DNA of 64,000 nucleotides, taken from positions 372,001 through 436,000 of the forward strand of contig CM074516.1 in NCBI GenBank assembly GCA_037379345.1, given 5' to 3'. Made by a program: the position numbers and the translations under genes. How positions within the stretch are numbered: position 1 is the stretch's first letter; each line of letters begins with the position of its first letter. Origin of the DNA: Perna viridis (Eukaryota). The notes beneath the pieces are model-generated. The model was not told where the DNA came from, searched no databases, and saw only the letters and a program-made list of their open reading frames with translations. Below, one piece after another: positions 26,949 through 38,780 of this stretch.

Positions 26949-27870
26949 GTAAATTATTGATATCAAAGGTTGGTAAATCTTGTGTATTGTCAAGTATGAC
27001 CCACACAAAATAATGTGGGAAGTTAGGAAATCTTAGTTATGTTAAGTATGACCCACACAATATAATGTGGGAAGTTCAGATATCTTAGTTATGTTAAGTA
27101 TGACCCACACAATATAATGTAGGAGCTTTGGGAAATAGAGAAAAAAGGGCTATATTCATATTGGGATCTGTAGTGAACTCATTTTGTAGGTAATATTTTT
27201 CAATCAAACATTAAGATAAAAACAATATTGCAGGACTCGTAATCACAAATCAGAGGGACATTAAATAATACACAAACTTGCAAAGTCAAGAGAATTCAGT
27301 TGAACTGTTTTGACTGAATTCCCCATTCTATGTATACAAAACTAGTATTCTTATTATACATATGTCCTTCTGAAAGATTTTGAGCTCATTTGAAAGTTGA
27401 CAAAACAATTCTTGTTTATTTGAATCTGAATTAAAATAGCAGTCTTAAGGAGGTAATTCACTCATGTCAAAAATCCATAAAATCATGTCTAGAGTCCATG
27501 AATCATATCAGTCTGGTTTAAGTGAATAAGAGAAAATGTAAGGATAGGACAAATACCCTTTGTTTCTGTTTTCATGGTCTCACCATATTTATCCTATTTT
27601 TATGGTTGGGATACTCACACCATATTTATCCTATCTTCGTGGTTGGGATGGTCACACCATATTTATCCTGTCTTCATGGTTGATTGGTCACACCATAATT
27701 GGTAAATGTGTTTATCATATTAACTGATTTAATTTTGTACCAATTTACAACCAAATTAAATCTTTGAAAATGCATTTTGTATTTCTCACTGATTGTTAGT
27801 TTCTTAATTTGTCATTGAAGATATGAGGATTTTTTTGTATTAGCTGTGTAATGTGTAATATGTATTATAG

Positions 27871-28059
27871 GTTGTTAAAGATATTCCAGTCAATATAAAA
27901 CTTACAGAGAACAGACTTCACAAGTTACGTACATTCCAACTAGAAATAGATGAAATACAATCATGGTTGTCATCAACGAGATTAATTTTAGAATCACAGC
28001 GAACACCAGGGTCGGCTACATCAGCTGAAGGAGATGATTCAGTTGTTGTTGATCCACAG
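27871..28059 (+). CDS. DMD: Dystrophin exon N (exon 48 equivalent), VVKDIPV...EIDEIQSWLSSTRLILE...VVDPQ
   Basis: attatag acceptor, CAG|gtaatt donor, 189 nt, phase 0-0; not in the ORF track. Confidence 0.9.
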
Positions 28060-28828
28060 GTAATTTATAGAACAAACATGATGGCCTGAACAGTTTTATG
28101 CTGTGGTATTTTTTGTCTCATCTAGTATCAAATTCCAGAAGGCTAGACTAATAGGTATCACATGAATGTCCTTGATAAAAAATTTTTGTTATATTTCAAA
28201 ATTTACTACATCAGTTTGATATAAACTTCTTGTGCTAGATCAGTCATATTTGATAGATAGTTGCATTAACATGACAACATTACAGTTATATATCTGTATT
28301 ATACACATGCCCCCATACTCTGAGTCAGAACAACTCATGTTAGGTCAAAGCTAGTAAGTTTATAGTTGAATTAGGATCACTACATTTCTTTTCCATATCT
28401 ATTCAGTTTTTGACCACATGTCACTATGACATTTTAATTAACAGTGACCAATCTCTGTTTATATTGTTCTCTCTTATCAGTATTTGGAATCTTGAAATGC
28501 ATGTCAGTTCTTTCATTGTGTTGAGCCCCAAAAACAAAATTGAAATATATTGCTGCTAGTCTCTGATAATCAATATGTACAGGATCCTCTGTATTCTGAC
28601 ATTTGTAAGATTGACGTTATTCATATTAATGTGTTCTAAACCTAAAGATTTTTTTATTTGTGCATAGGACATTGCTACAGGTACTTTTGAATATATCAGC
28701 ATTCTGACAATTCTTCAGCTTTACCCAATCACATTTCGGAAAGAATAATTGACAAGACCATAGCTAAATACTGATAAATGAAATTTTTGAATGTATGTTT
28801 TGATATTTGTTATGTGTTTTGTTTGCAG

Positions 28829-29045
28829 ACAACTAAGGAAGCTATAGAATCCAGAAGACAAAATGTTGAATATATAAATAGTGATTATGGAATTCTAATG
28901 GAAGAATGTGCAGAACAGGAAGTGATCATTCCAGATGCAATTCAGCAGCAAATCAATAATCTTAATTCTGATTGGGAGATAATCCAACAGTTGGCAACTG
29001 AACTTCGACCTGTCACAGAGGAAAAAATGGAAGTTATGTCCCAAG
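28829..29045 (+). CDS. DMD: Dystrophin exon O (fused equivalent of exons 49+50), TTKEAIESRRQNVE...LNSDWEIIQQLATELRP...MSQ
   Basis: tttgcag acceptor, AAG|gtgaac donor, 217 nt, phase 0-1; resembles human LSSEWKAVNRLLQELR. Confidence 0.9.
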
Positions 29046-29284
29046 GTGAACTGAAAAATGTATTATATTAATGCTAAATAGATGAGGCTACTGGAATTTC
29101 TTAATTCCCAGGCCATATATGTTTGTTATTTTTAGGGGCTCATTACTCAGTTTTATGGCCATATTAATAAAACCTCTTTCATCATTTTGTCTGGTTAAGA
29201 GTGTTATAACCTCCCTCCCCTACCCTTCCCCACATGTTTTGGAAGCAATAAAACAATACAAAGTAATGTCTCCTTTATCAAAAA

Positions 29285-30500
29285 AAGGCCCAAGAACCAA
29301 AACATTGGCTTAAAAATGACCTGATAACGAGACACTAGCCCAAGATCCAAGACATTACTTCAAAATGACCCAAGAAGCAATACATTAGCTTAAAAATGGC
29401 CCAAGATCCAAGACATCAACTTTAAAATGGCTGAAGAACCAGAATGTTAGCTTAAAAATGGCCCAAGAACCAAAACATTGGCTTAAATAGGCCCAAGAAC
29501 CAAAATATTAGCTTAAAATGGCCAAAGAACCAAGACATTGGCTTAAAAGTGACCTAATAACAAGACACTAGCCCAAGATCCAAGACATTAGCTTTAAAAT
29601 GGCTGAAGAACCAAAACATCAGATTAAAAAGGCCTTTAAGTCTTGATTTGATATTGGCTAAAAAGTAGTTTTCAAAACTGATTTAGCTGTAAAATGACTC
29701 CCATTATAGATAATCCTATTCGATAGTGACTCCCATTATAGATAATTTCAGTGGACTTCAGTGACTTCCATTAGAGATAGTCCTATTGGACTGGTGTCTC
29801 CCATTTTAGATGATCCCATTGGACTGTTGACTCTATAGATAATCCCATTGAACCTTTGACTCGTTATAGAAAATCCCTTTGGACTGGTGACTCCCATTAT
29901 AGATAATCCCATTGTACTGGTGACTCCTATTATAGATAATCCTATTGGAAAGCGACTCACATTACAGATAATTCCAATGGACTGGTGACTCCCATTATAG
30001 ATAATCCCATTGGACTGGTGACTCCCATTATATATAATTCGTGGACTGGTTACTCCCAATTTAGTTGATCCCATTGGACTGGTAACTCCCATTATATATA
30101 ATTCCAGTGGACTGGTTACTCCCAATTTAAATGATCCCATTGGACTGGTGACTCCCATTTAGATAATATCATTGGACTGTTGACTCATTATAGATAGTCC
30201 TATATTGGACTGGTGACTCCCATTTTAGATAATTCCAGTGGACTGGTGATTCCCATTGAATGGTTACTCCCAATATAGATAATTCCAGTGGACTTGCGAC
30301 TCCCATTTTAGTTGATCACATTGGACTGTTGACTCATTATAGATAGTCCTATTGGACTGGTGACTCCCATCATAGATAGTCCTATTGGACTGATGACTCC
30401 CATTTTAGGTGATCCTATTGGACTGTTGACTCATTATAGATAATCCCATTGAACTGTTGACTCATTATAGATAATCCCTTTGGACTGGTGACTTTCATTA
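29285..30500. repeat. Two adjacent minisatellites (~30-bp ggcccaagaaccaagacatt; ~36-bp ggactggtgactcccattatagataatcccatt)
   Basis: Direct inspection. Confidence 0.9.
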
Positions 30501-30789
30501 TTATGATTAATCAATTATGGATTATACCTGGTTATTGCCATTGAAAAATATTTTAACTGAACTGACAACAAATAGTACTTAGATTTAATTATGAAGGAGG
30601 AATTATATTATATAAAAACTACCGCATGATATGAGAAACTGATTTCATTGATACAGTATTGAACATACATCCAGTTTAATTAAGTTGTTTTTGCAATCAA
30701 TAGTTTATTTTTCTAATTTACACCTTCAAGATTATCTATGTGGTGTAATTAATGTTACTTGGCTTAGAATTGAAACAATCTTTTTTTAG

Positions 30790-30992
30790 TGAAAGCAGAA
30801 GCCTTGCATATTAAAAAAGTTTCTGTAGAAACAGTTCAAACTGAGAGCACCAAATCTTCCCAATGGCCAGATTTCGACAAGTCTATTGCAGAACTTCGAG
30901 ATTGGTTGACTTTGTTGGAACGTATGCTTAAGTCACAGAGAGTCACAGTGGGTGATATTAAAGATATTGAAGATATGAAACAGAAAGAAATG
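30790..30992 (+). CDS. DMD: Dystrophin exon P (exon 51 equivalent; hinge 3 end and R20), ...DFDKSIAELRDWLTLLERMLKSQRVTVGDIKDIEDM...
   Basis: tttttag acceptor, ATG|gtaagc donor, 203 nt, phase 1-0; close to human DFNRAWTELTDWLSLLDQVIKSQRVMVGDLEDINEM. Confidence 0.95.
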
Positions 30993-31088
30993 GTAAGCTT
31001 GGTTTGAATTCTTCATCTTTAAAGCTTTTGTTTTGTCTGCAAAGTCCAGCTTCAAGTTAAGTTTGGTTGAACAAAAAACTATAGTTGA

Positions 31089-31950
31089 TTTTTAGCTCAC
31101 CAGGCCCAAAGTGCCATGTGAGCCATTGCCATCACTTGGCGTCAGTCATCATTGTTTATTATCTGTCCCCGGTAACATCTTCTCCTCTGAAATTACTTGA
31201 CCAATTAAAAACCAAACCTGGTATGAATGTTCCTTAGGAAGTTCTGCATAGAATTGTTGTGGGGTCACTAAAAGTAAAACACAGGATCCAGGCAGAAATT
31301 TTTTGCCTATATCTAAAAATTTGTTAGGTTTAGCCTTATTCTTACATGGTGTAAAATGTTCAGCCTGATGGGATCTATCTATTTATGGTCAAATTTTCAT
31401 GTTAATTTATTAAGCCATGTTGTAGTTATTGCCCTTTTTCAATATTTTTTCACAAATTTTAATGTTTTTTCTTTAAAACTCTCCTTCTCTTACAATACTG
31501 GACCAATTAGACCAAACTTGGTATGAGTGTTTCTAGGGGTATTGTGCATAGAACTGATCTGGGGATTTTTTATCTGTTGAAAAATATTGCTGATCTTACA
31601 AAAATAGAACATAGGGGTCAATCCGGAATATTTTGCATATATGTCTAAAACCATTAGTTTAGCCAAATTCTGATGGGGTAAAGGTGTTCTGTATGATGAG
31701 ATCTATATGTGGTCAAATGTTTTAATTAATCTGCTCCACCATGTTGGAGTTATTGCCTTTTTTTTTTCCACATTTTATCACAATTTTTAATGTTATTTCT
31801 TTCAGAAATTTCTGGTCAGAATTCAGTGAAAATTGATATGATTGTTCCTTTGGTATGAACATTAGGAATTTTGTCTAAGAAAAAGCCATGGCCACTTTTA
31901 CAAAAATAGTATGTTGGTTATCAATCCAGTTGAGCAATTCAGGCTCTTTA
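31089..31950 (+). mobile_element. Helentron/HINE-like element
   Basis: 5' ttttagctcacc...gtgagc, 3' ttgagcaattcaggctc; homologous to 22165-22860. Confidence 0.7.
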
Positions 31951-32362
31951 AAAACAACCTGTCTGTTGACAGATATATTACTATGGTACATTGCATGCTG
32001 GTTCATCAGTACATAAGTCCTTTGATAATTAAAAGTGCTTTGAGGGATTTTGATGATTTTTGCTGCAATTTTTGTTAAATATGGAGGAGCTCTTTTGCAT
32101 TTTGCATTATTATATACTTTATCCCCAGAATTTTAGAACATGTAACACCAAAAATAGGGAGAGAATGGTGTTAGATGATGCATTATTTAGGACAGCTATT
32201 CATTAGGCAATTATTTAACTTTTTAATTTGATTTAATTTAATTTTGTTAAGTCTTTTACAATACCTGAAATGAAAGTTCTATCTTTTTTTTTTTGCACTA
32301 AACTGCTCATTTTTGTATATAAGCAGCTTGGACAATAACTGTGCATTTTTCTTTGCTGCTAG

Positions 32363-32470
32363 GAGGAGACAACTCCAATTGCTGCTATACAGCATGTGAT
32401 TGCCTCCCTTGATTTTGATGATGTGCAAGCACTGATCTGTGATATTAACAATCAGCTTTTAAAGCTACAG
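32363..32470 (+). CDS. Putative in-frame cassette exon, EETTPIAAIQHVIASLDFDDVQALICDINNQLLKLQ
   Basis: Pyrimidine tract catttttctttgctgctag, 108 nt open, CAG|gtgtgt donor, phase 0-0 matching the host intron. Confidence 0.55.
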
Positions 32471-33429
32471 GTGTGTCTCTTACAATGTCAGAATTACCTC
32501 CCCTTACATTGTGTATATTTCGTATTTAATATTGTAAATGGAAATAGATGACATTCAGTTCATTCAAAAAATTTATTTCAAAAGAGGAAAAAATAGTCTT
32601 TTAGGAACTTGGTCAATATCCTTTGGAATGTCAGGCTTCAGAAATTTCTAGAATGCCCTTTAAGATCAAGTTTAAATCTTAATTTTTTTCCTTAATGTAA
32701 GCCCAACCTATCAACCATTGATTTGTAAGTCTGACATTGTTGTTTTGTTCTAGCTTAAACTAACATATCGTTTGCTTTTGTTTAGTGATCGCTCTTCTCC
32801 TTGCATGCCTTCTAATGACAACTAAATCTACTCCTTCTTTGATTTGTAAAGGCAATATGCTGAAGTACATGACATTGTTATTGTACCCCACACAAACAAT
32901 TTTCAGGAATCACCCCATCTTGTCTGTTGTACCCCACACAATGTTGAGGAATCACCCCGTCTTGTCTGTTGTACCCCTCCCAAACAGTGTTCAGGAATCA
33001 CTCCATCTTGTCTGTTGTATCCAACACAAACACTGTTCAGGAATCACCCAGTCTTTCCTTCCATTTGTCTATCCACATATTATATTGCAACTCCTTTGAA
33101 GAAAGGTCATGGTTATATATTTGTTGAGGGATTTTAACTTCTTTTATTTTACAGATTTTAATTTTGTAAGTGCAACTCCTCATAAAATTGATGGATTTTG
33201 ATAAATCCAATTTTTAGAAGGGTAGACATCATATGATAGATGTGCATGAAGGAGTATAATACCTGTACTACTCCTCAAAAGGGAGATAATTCAACTTCCA
33301 TTTGAAGTCTTGTTATCTTAGTGAGTTTGCTCTTAGTATTTCTAGTTTATTCAGGGTTTTGTTTTAACAGTTTCAGGTTTTCATGGTTTGGTTCAGACAG
33401 GTTTCCCTCAAATTGATGTTTTGGTTAAG

Positions 33430-33735
33430 ACGGGTTCCATTTTATTCAGGGATTTGTTTAGACATGTTATCTTATACAGGGACTGGTTAAGACAGGTTTT
33501 CCATTTATCCAGGTTGAGAAAGATAGTCCAATTATCCAGGAATTGGTTTAGACAGATTATTCATTTATCCAGGGATTGGTTTAGACAGGTTATCCATTCA
33601 TCCAGTAATTTGTTTAGACAGGTTATTCATTTATCCTGGAATTGGTTTAGACAAGTTTTCCAATTATTCAGGGATTGATTTAGACAGGTTATCCATTTAT
33701 CCAGGGATTAGTTTAGACAGGTTATCGGTTTATTC
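33430..33735. repeat. 36-bp tandem repeat
   Basis: tttagacaggttatccatttatccagggattgg units. Confidence 0.85.
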
Positions 33736-34389
33736 ATAGCTTAGATAATGTCAGTGCTGTGCATGGAAATGCCCTGAACCTTATTGGATCAGATTTATTT
33801 CAATATGTTCTGTTCATTTTAGTGTTAAGTATTGTATAAAATCCTTTTGACCAAGCTTGGCTGAATATATAGGTATGTACATATGATATAGGTTTTATGA
33901 AGCTATGAACATTTGAAGAATGACAGTTTGGTCATGAATATAGATTTTGTTTGGGGCAAAATTCTACTCAATTTAATCTAATGTGCATGTTTGATAGGAA
34001 ATTTGTACTATGTATGAGGTCTAAGAAATCTAAAAAGGTAGGAAACTGAAAAAAAATATATATATCTGAATTAGTTTAAACAAATTTATGCTTATTCTGT
34101 TTCTATTTTGCAATAACAAAGATTTATTTTAATTTTCAGCTGTTAAACCACACATTTAGTCATCAGAATAAAGGTACAAGATAGAGAGATATGGTCTCTG
34201 AACTGAATTTAATGTCAATAAAATGCAACCCCTTTTTTTATGTGCATATAGCTGGTAAGGCATCTACTCAACACTACAGGGTCATTTTGGCACAACTAAT
34301 CAATTAATGAAAGTCTAAGTCCAAGGATATTTATATATGATCTTTAGCTTGGTGGTTAATTATGTCAGAATTGTATGTTTTAATTGCAG

Positions 34390-34507
34390 ACAGTGCTACA
34401 AGATATGGCTACCAAGAGAGTACAGTTAGAGGATGTGCTGAGTACTGCTGAGGATCTTCAGAAACATGCAGTTGCTGAAGCAGAAAAACAGGGGCTAAAA
34501 GAAAGAG
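34390..34507 (+). CDS. DMD: Dystrophin exon Q (exon 52 equivalent), TVLQDMATKRVQLEDVLSTAEDLQK...GLKER
   Basis: ttgcag acceptor, GAG|gtaagt donor, 118 nt, phase 0-1; not in the ORF track. Confidence 0.93.
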
Positions 34508-34848
34508 GTAAGTTGACAAGATGGTATAGATGATGTTTTGAGTACAGCTGAGGATCTTCAGAAGCATGCAATCAGTGAAGCAGAATGAAATGGGGCTTTA
34601 ACAGAGATGAATGTTGACAAATTGATATAAGAGTTTTGTTAATTGGGGAACAATCCTATTTTGATTTTTTTTGTATAATATGCTCTGTGTTGTATATCAG
34701 TAATGTGTTGATAAATGCCATCAACTGTTTCTTATGGCTGTCTGCTCTTCAGATAACCAACTGTTTCTATGTACTGTCTTAGCTGTTCAGATAAAACTTT
34801 CGAACTCTTTTCACCCTCCCTTATTATTTTGTTCTTTTAACACTTCAG

Positions 34849-35057
34849 TTGACAAACTACGTGAACATTGGGAGCAAGCCTATGCCAGAGTTAACCAGAG
34901 GAAGAACCAGTTAGATGATATGTTGTTGGAGTGTCGCCAGTTTGACGAGATGTATGCAGAGTTCAACAGGTGGATCTCACAGATTGAGGATGAGTTAGAC
35001 ACGGGTAAAATTGATCCTAAAGCAGAAGACATTGATAAACAGATTGCAAAGCAGAAG
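34849..35057 (+). CDS. DMD: Dystrophin exon R (exon 53 equivalent), VDKLREHWEQAYARVNQRKNQLDDML...IAKQK
   Basis: cttcag acceptor, AAG|gtatta donor, 209 nt, phase 1-0. Confidence 0.93.
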
Positions 35058-35429
35058 GTATTAAGAAAATATATATAGGGGAATAAAATGGAAGAAAACA
35101 GAACAAATTGAGCAGAGTACTATGTATATATTATGTAAATAAAATATTTTTAATGGTTTACTATGATATTCTGCAATATTATTTCTCAAAAATCTACAAA
35201 AATTTGCAACACAAAAAATTTTAAAAATATGTTTAAAGTAAATAAATTTGTATCAATAACAATGAAAAATGTGTAAAATATTTCTTTAAAATTAATTATG
35301 TTATATCCTAAAAAGTATCATTTTGTAAATACGTTTTTAAGAAAACAAGATAAATTTTAGATCTTCCAGAATATTTAGTTCTGAAGAACAAATTCCTTTA
35401 GATTTGACTGCATATTACTTTGTGTCTAG

Positions 35430-35584
35430 TGGTTACAGACAGAAGTTGATGATAGACAGAAGATGATAGACAACCTGAAGAAAATGGCCAGTAAATTGAT
35501 AGACGAATACAATCAAGAAGACACCAGTAATATGAAGCTACTACTAGAAAAAGCCATGAATAGATGGTCTTCATTGCTACATAG
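35430..35584 (+). CDS. DMD: Dystrophin exon S (exon 54 equivalent), WLQTEVDDRQKMIDNLKKMASKLIDEYNQEDT...RWSSLLH
   Basis: gtctag acceptor, AG|gtctgt donor, 155 nt, phase 0-2; resembles human LALKLLRDYSADDT...SWRSIHKR. Confidence 0.92.
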
Positions 35585-36175
35585 GTCTGTGTTTAATTGT
35601 TTATAAATAGCCATGAATAGATGGTCGTCATTGCTACATAGGTTAGTGTTTAATTGTTTATAAATAGCCACAAACAGATGGTCCTCATTGCTACAAAAGT
35701 CAGTGTTCAATTGTTTATAAATAGCCATGAATAGATGGTCTTCATTGCTACATAGGTTAGTGTTCAATTGTTTATAAATAGCCATGAATAGATGGTCCTC
35801 ATTGCTACATAGGTCAGTGTTCAATTGTTTATAAATAGCCACAAACAGATGGTCCTCATTGCTACAAAAGTCAGTGTTCAATTGTTTATAAGTAGCCATG
35901 AATAGATGGGTCTCATTGCTACATAGGTCAGTGTTCAATTGTTTATAAATAGCCATAAATAGATGGTCTTCATTGCTACATAGGTTAGTGTTTAATTGTT
36001 TATAAATAGCCACAAACAGATGGTCCTCATTGCTACATAGGTCAGTGTTCAATTGTTTATAAGTAGCCATGAATAGATGGTCTTCATTGCTACATAGGTT
36101 AGTGTTCAATTGTTTATAAATAGCCATGAATAGATGGTCCTCATTGCTATCTAGGTCAGTGTTCAATTGTTTATA
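35553..36175. repeat. 57-bp tandem array x11 derived from the 3' end and donor site of exon S
   Basis: Units start at 35553 and recur at exact 57-nt spacing to 36123. Confidence 0.97.
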
Positions 36176-37706
36176 ATTAAGTTTTTGACAAGTTTTCTGA
36201 TTGGTTGGTTCCCTTCACTGTTCTTGAATCGTAAGCTCCATAAAGTTAGCTAATTACACAGACCTTTGTCAAGAAATTGTTAGCAAAACTTAACTAATTA
36301 AATATAATATGAGAGGATGCTACCCTCAATGTTGGTAAGGAACTTTTTTATTGCAAACCAATTTTAGGAGTTGTCGACCATAGCTTTTTTGCTTGGTTTC
36401 AGTCTTGTATACAAATTTTACATTTCTACATGGTTGACATTGATATGAAAAGATGGTCTTCTATGCTGCATCAGTGATTGTTTCATTTGTAACTGATAAA
36501 ATCTATGAAAAAAGTTATCTTCATTGTTGTATGGAGTAGTATCTTGTCTGTTTATTGGTGTAGCTACAGTGACTAGATGAAATATGGATTGTCCCCCTAT
36601 GCTTTACTATGTAATTGTCAGTATCCCACTATTTGTGAGTATTTTCATGATATAGCAGTAAAGAATTTGTAAGATAGTATCTGATTATAATTTGGTAATG
36701 TACTGTATGGTAAATTCTTGGTGTGAGGAAATCAATAACACCACAATTGCATAAGCACAATATAGTTAAAACTTAAAGTGGGAAACTTTGATAAATCATC
36801 CCAATAATTGTTTGTTTTTGCCAAATTAACCATAACAGTGTGATGAATAATAGGATAATTAATTGGAAAGAGTGAATAACCAAAATATGAAGTGCTGAAG
36901 AAAGCCTAGATTTAATGCATGTGTGAAACTTGTTCCAAGCACGAGTTAATTCTTAATACGTTCTTGGTACAAGTGATCAAATTTAGGTTATTCACAATAA
37001 CTTACTGATTATTTTATTTATTATATAGATTTCCTCCAATATTCATCATTATTTTCAACATCAATTTAAAATTTTGTGAACGGCAAATTGATATTTGTGT
37101 TGTGACGTTTTGGTGGGAGAAAGGGCGAGAGTGAAATTACCAAATTTATTTAATTAATTTTATTTGTAATTATCCAAAGAAATTACACTGGGAACATTCA
37201 GTAAATCAGTGCTATATATACCCCCTGCTTTGGGTGAGGTATATATATACCCCTTGCTTTGGGAGAGGTATATATATATACCCCCTGCTTTGGGTGAGGT
37301 ATATATATACCCCTTGCTTTGGGAGAGGTATATATATATACCCCCTGCTTTGGGTGAGATATATAGTGATGATGATGTTTGTCTGTCAATTTGTCTGCAG
37401 ACACCTTTTTTATAGTTTTTTTAGGAACTACTTATCACAGCCACTTGATATTTTGACAGAAGCTTCGTATGACATTCCATTTCGGACACACATTTTGACC
37501 ATAATTTATGGTCACTGTATCAGGGAGCAGGGGATATTTATTAGTCAGCTTTGCTTATGGTTTTTGTAATTTCTAAAAAGATCTTCAAAACTGACATAAA
37601 ATCATTCTTTTTTTCAATGGTCATCATTATCCTTAACCATGTATATGTTCTGTATCAGTAGCTAGGCAGAGAAGTAGTCTTATTATTGATGTAAATCCTG
37701 TTTTAG

Positions 37707-37896
37707 GCTGGCATACAATATAAAGGTATTACAGACTAACAGAAACTCCCTACAGCAGGTAGATAGTACACTTGATGGATATATCAATTGGATGAAAGGT
37801 TTGGAGAACAGTTTCGCTCGTCTTGTCTCAGAAACCAGTAAACCTGGAGTACTGGAGAATGACGAATTGTGTAAAGAATATCTGGAACAGTTTAAG
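37707..37896 (+). CDS. DMD: Dystrophin exon T (exon 55 equivalent), LAYNIKVLQ...YINWMKGLENSF...KEYLEQFK
   Basis: cctgttttag acceptor, AAG|gttggt donor, 190 nt, phase 2-0. Confidence 0.92.
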
Positions 37897-38079
37897 GTTG
37901 GTGTCAAATATGTAAAAGTCATCCAGTATTGAATTCAGTCTTTTATTTTTCAATTACACAAAAGATAAAATCCTATACTATTTTTAAAAATCATGAATAG
38001 AAGAGTAATTTCCCTGTATGCCACATGGATGATTGAATTCAAATTATTGAGGGTCTGAAAGGGTCAAGTAACAAGTACT

Positions 38080-38780
38080 TTAATGGTGTCCAGGGCTATC
38101 TGTGAATATATTTAATGGTGTCCAGGGCTCTCTGTAAATATATTTAAGGGTGTCCAGGCTCTCTGTGAATATATTTAATGGTGTCCAGGACTCTCTGTGA
38201 ATATATTTAATGGTGTCCATGCTATCTATGAATATATTTAATGGTGTCCAGGACTATCTGTGAATATATTTAATGGTGTCCAGGGCTGTCTGTGAATATA
38301 TTGAATGGTGTCCAGGCTATCTGTGAATATATTTAGTGGTGTCCAGGCTCTCTGTAAATATATTTAATGGTGTCCATGCTCTCTGTGAATATATTTAATG
38401 GTGTCCAGGGCTCTCTGTGAATATATTGAATGGTGTCCAGGCTATCTGTGAATATATTTAGTGGTGTCCAGGCTGTCTGTGAATATATTGAATGGTGTCC
38501 ATGCTCTCTGTAAATATATTTAATGGTGTCCAGGGCTCTCTGTGAATATATTGAATGGTGTCCAGGCTATCTGTGAATATATTTAGTGGTGTCCAGTGGT
38601 GTCCAGGCTATCTGTGAATATATTTAGTGGTGTCCAGGCTATCTGTGAATATATTTAATGGTGTCCAGGGCTCTTTGTAAATATATTTAATAGTGTCCAG
38701 GCTCTCTGTGAATATATTTAATGGTGTCCAGGGCTCTCTGTGAATATATTTAATGGTGTCCAGTTTATCTGAATATATTT
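38080..38780. repeat. Minisatellite, ~34-35-bp unit (tgtgaatatatttaatggtgtccagggctctc)
   Basis: Direct inspection. Confidence 0.95.

Noticed and set aside
35513-36166. 217-aa minus-strand ORF, the longest in the track
   Set aside because: It is the antisense reading of the 57-bp (19-codon) array and is open only because the unit lacks a stop in that frame.
24100-37922. Minus-strand ORFs overlapping exons (24100-24291, 25064-25261, 37683-37922)
   Set aside because: Antisense shadows of real plus-strand dystrophin exons.
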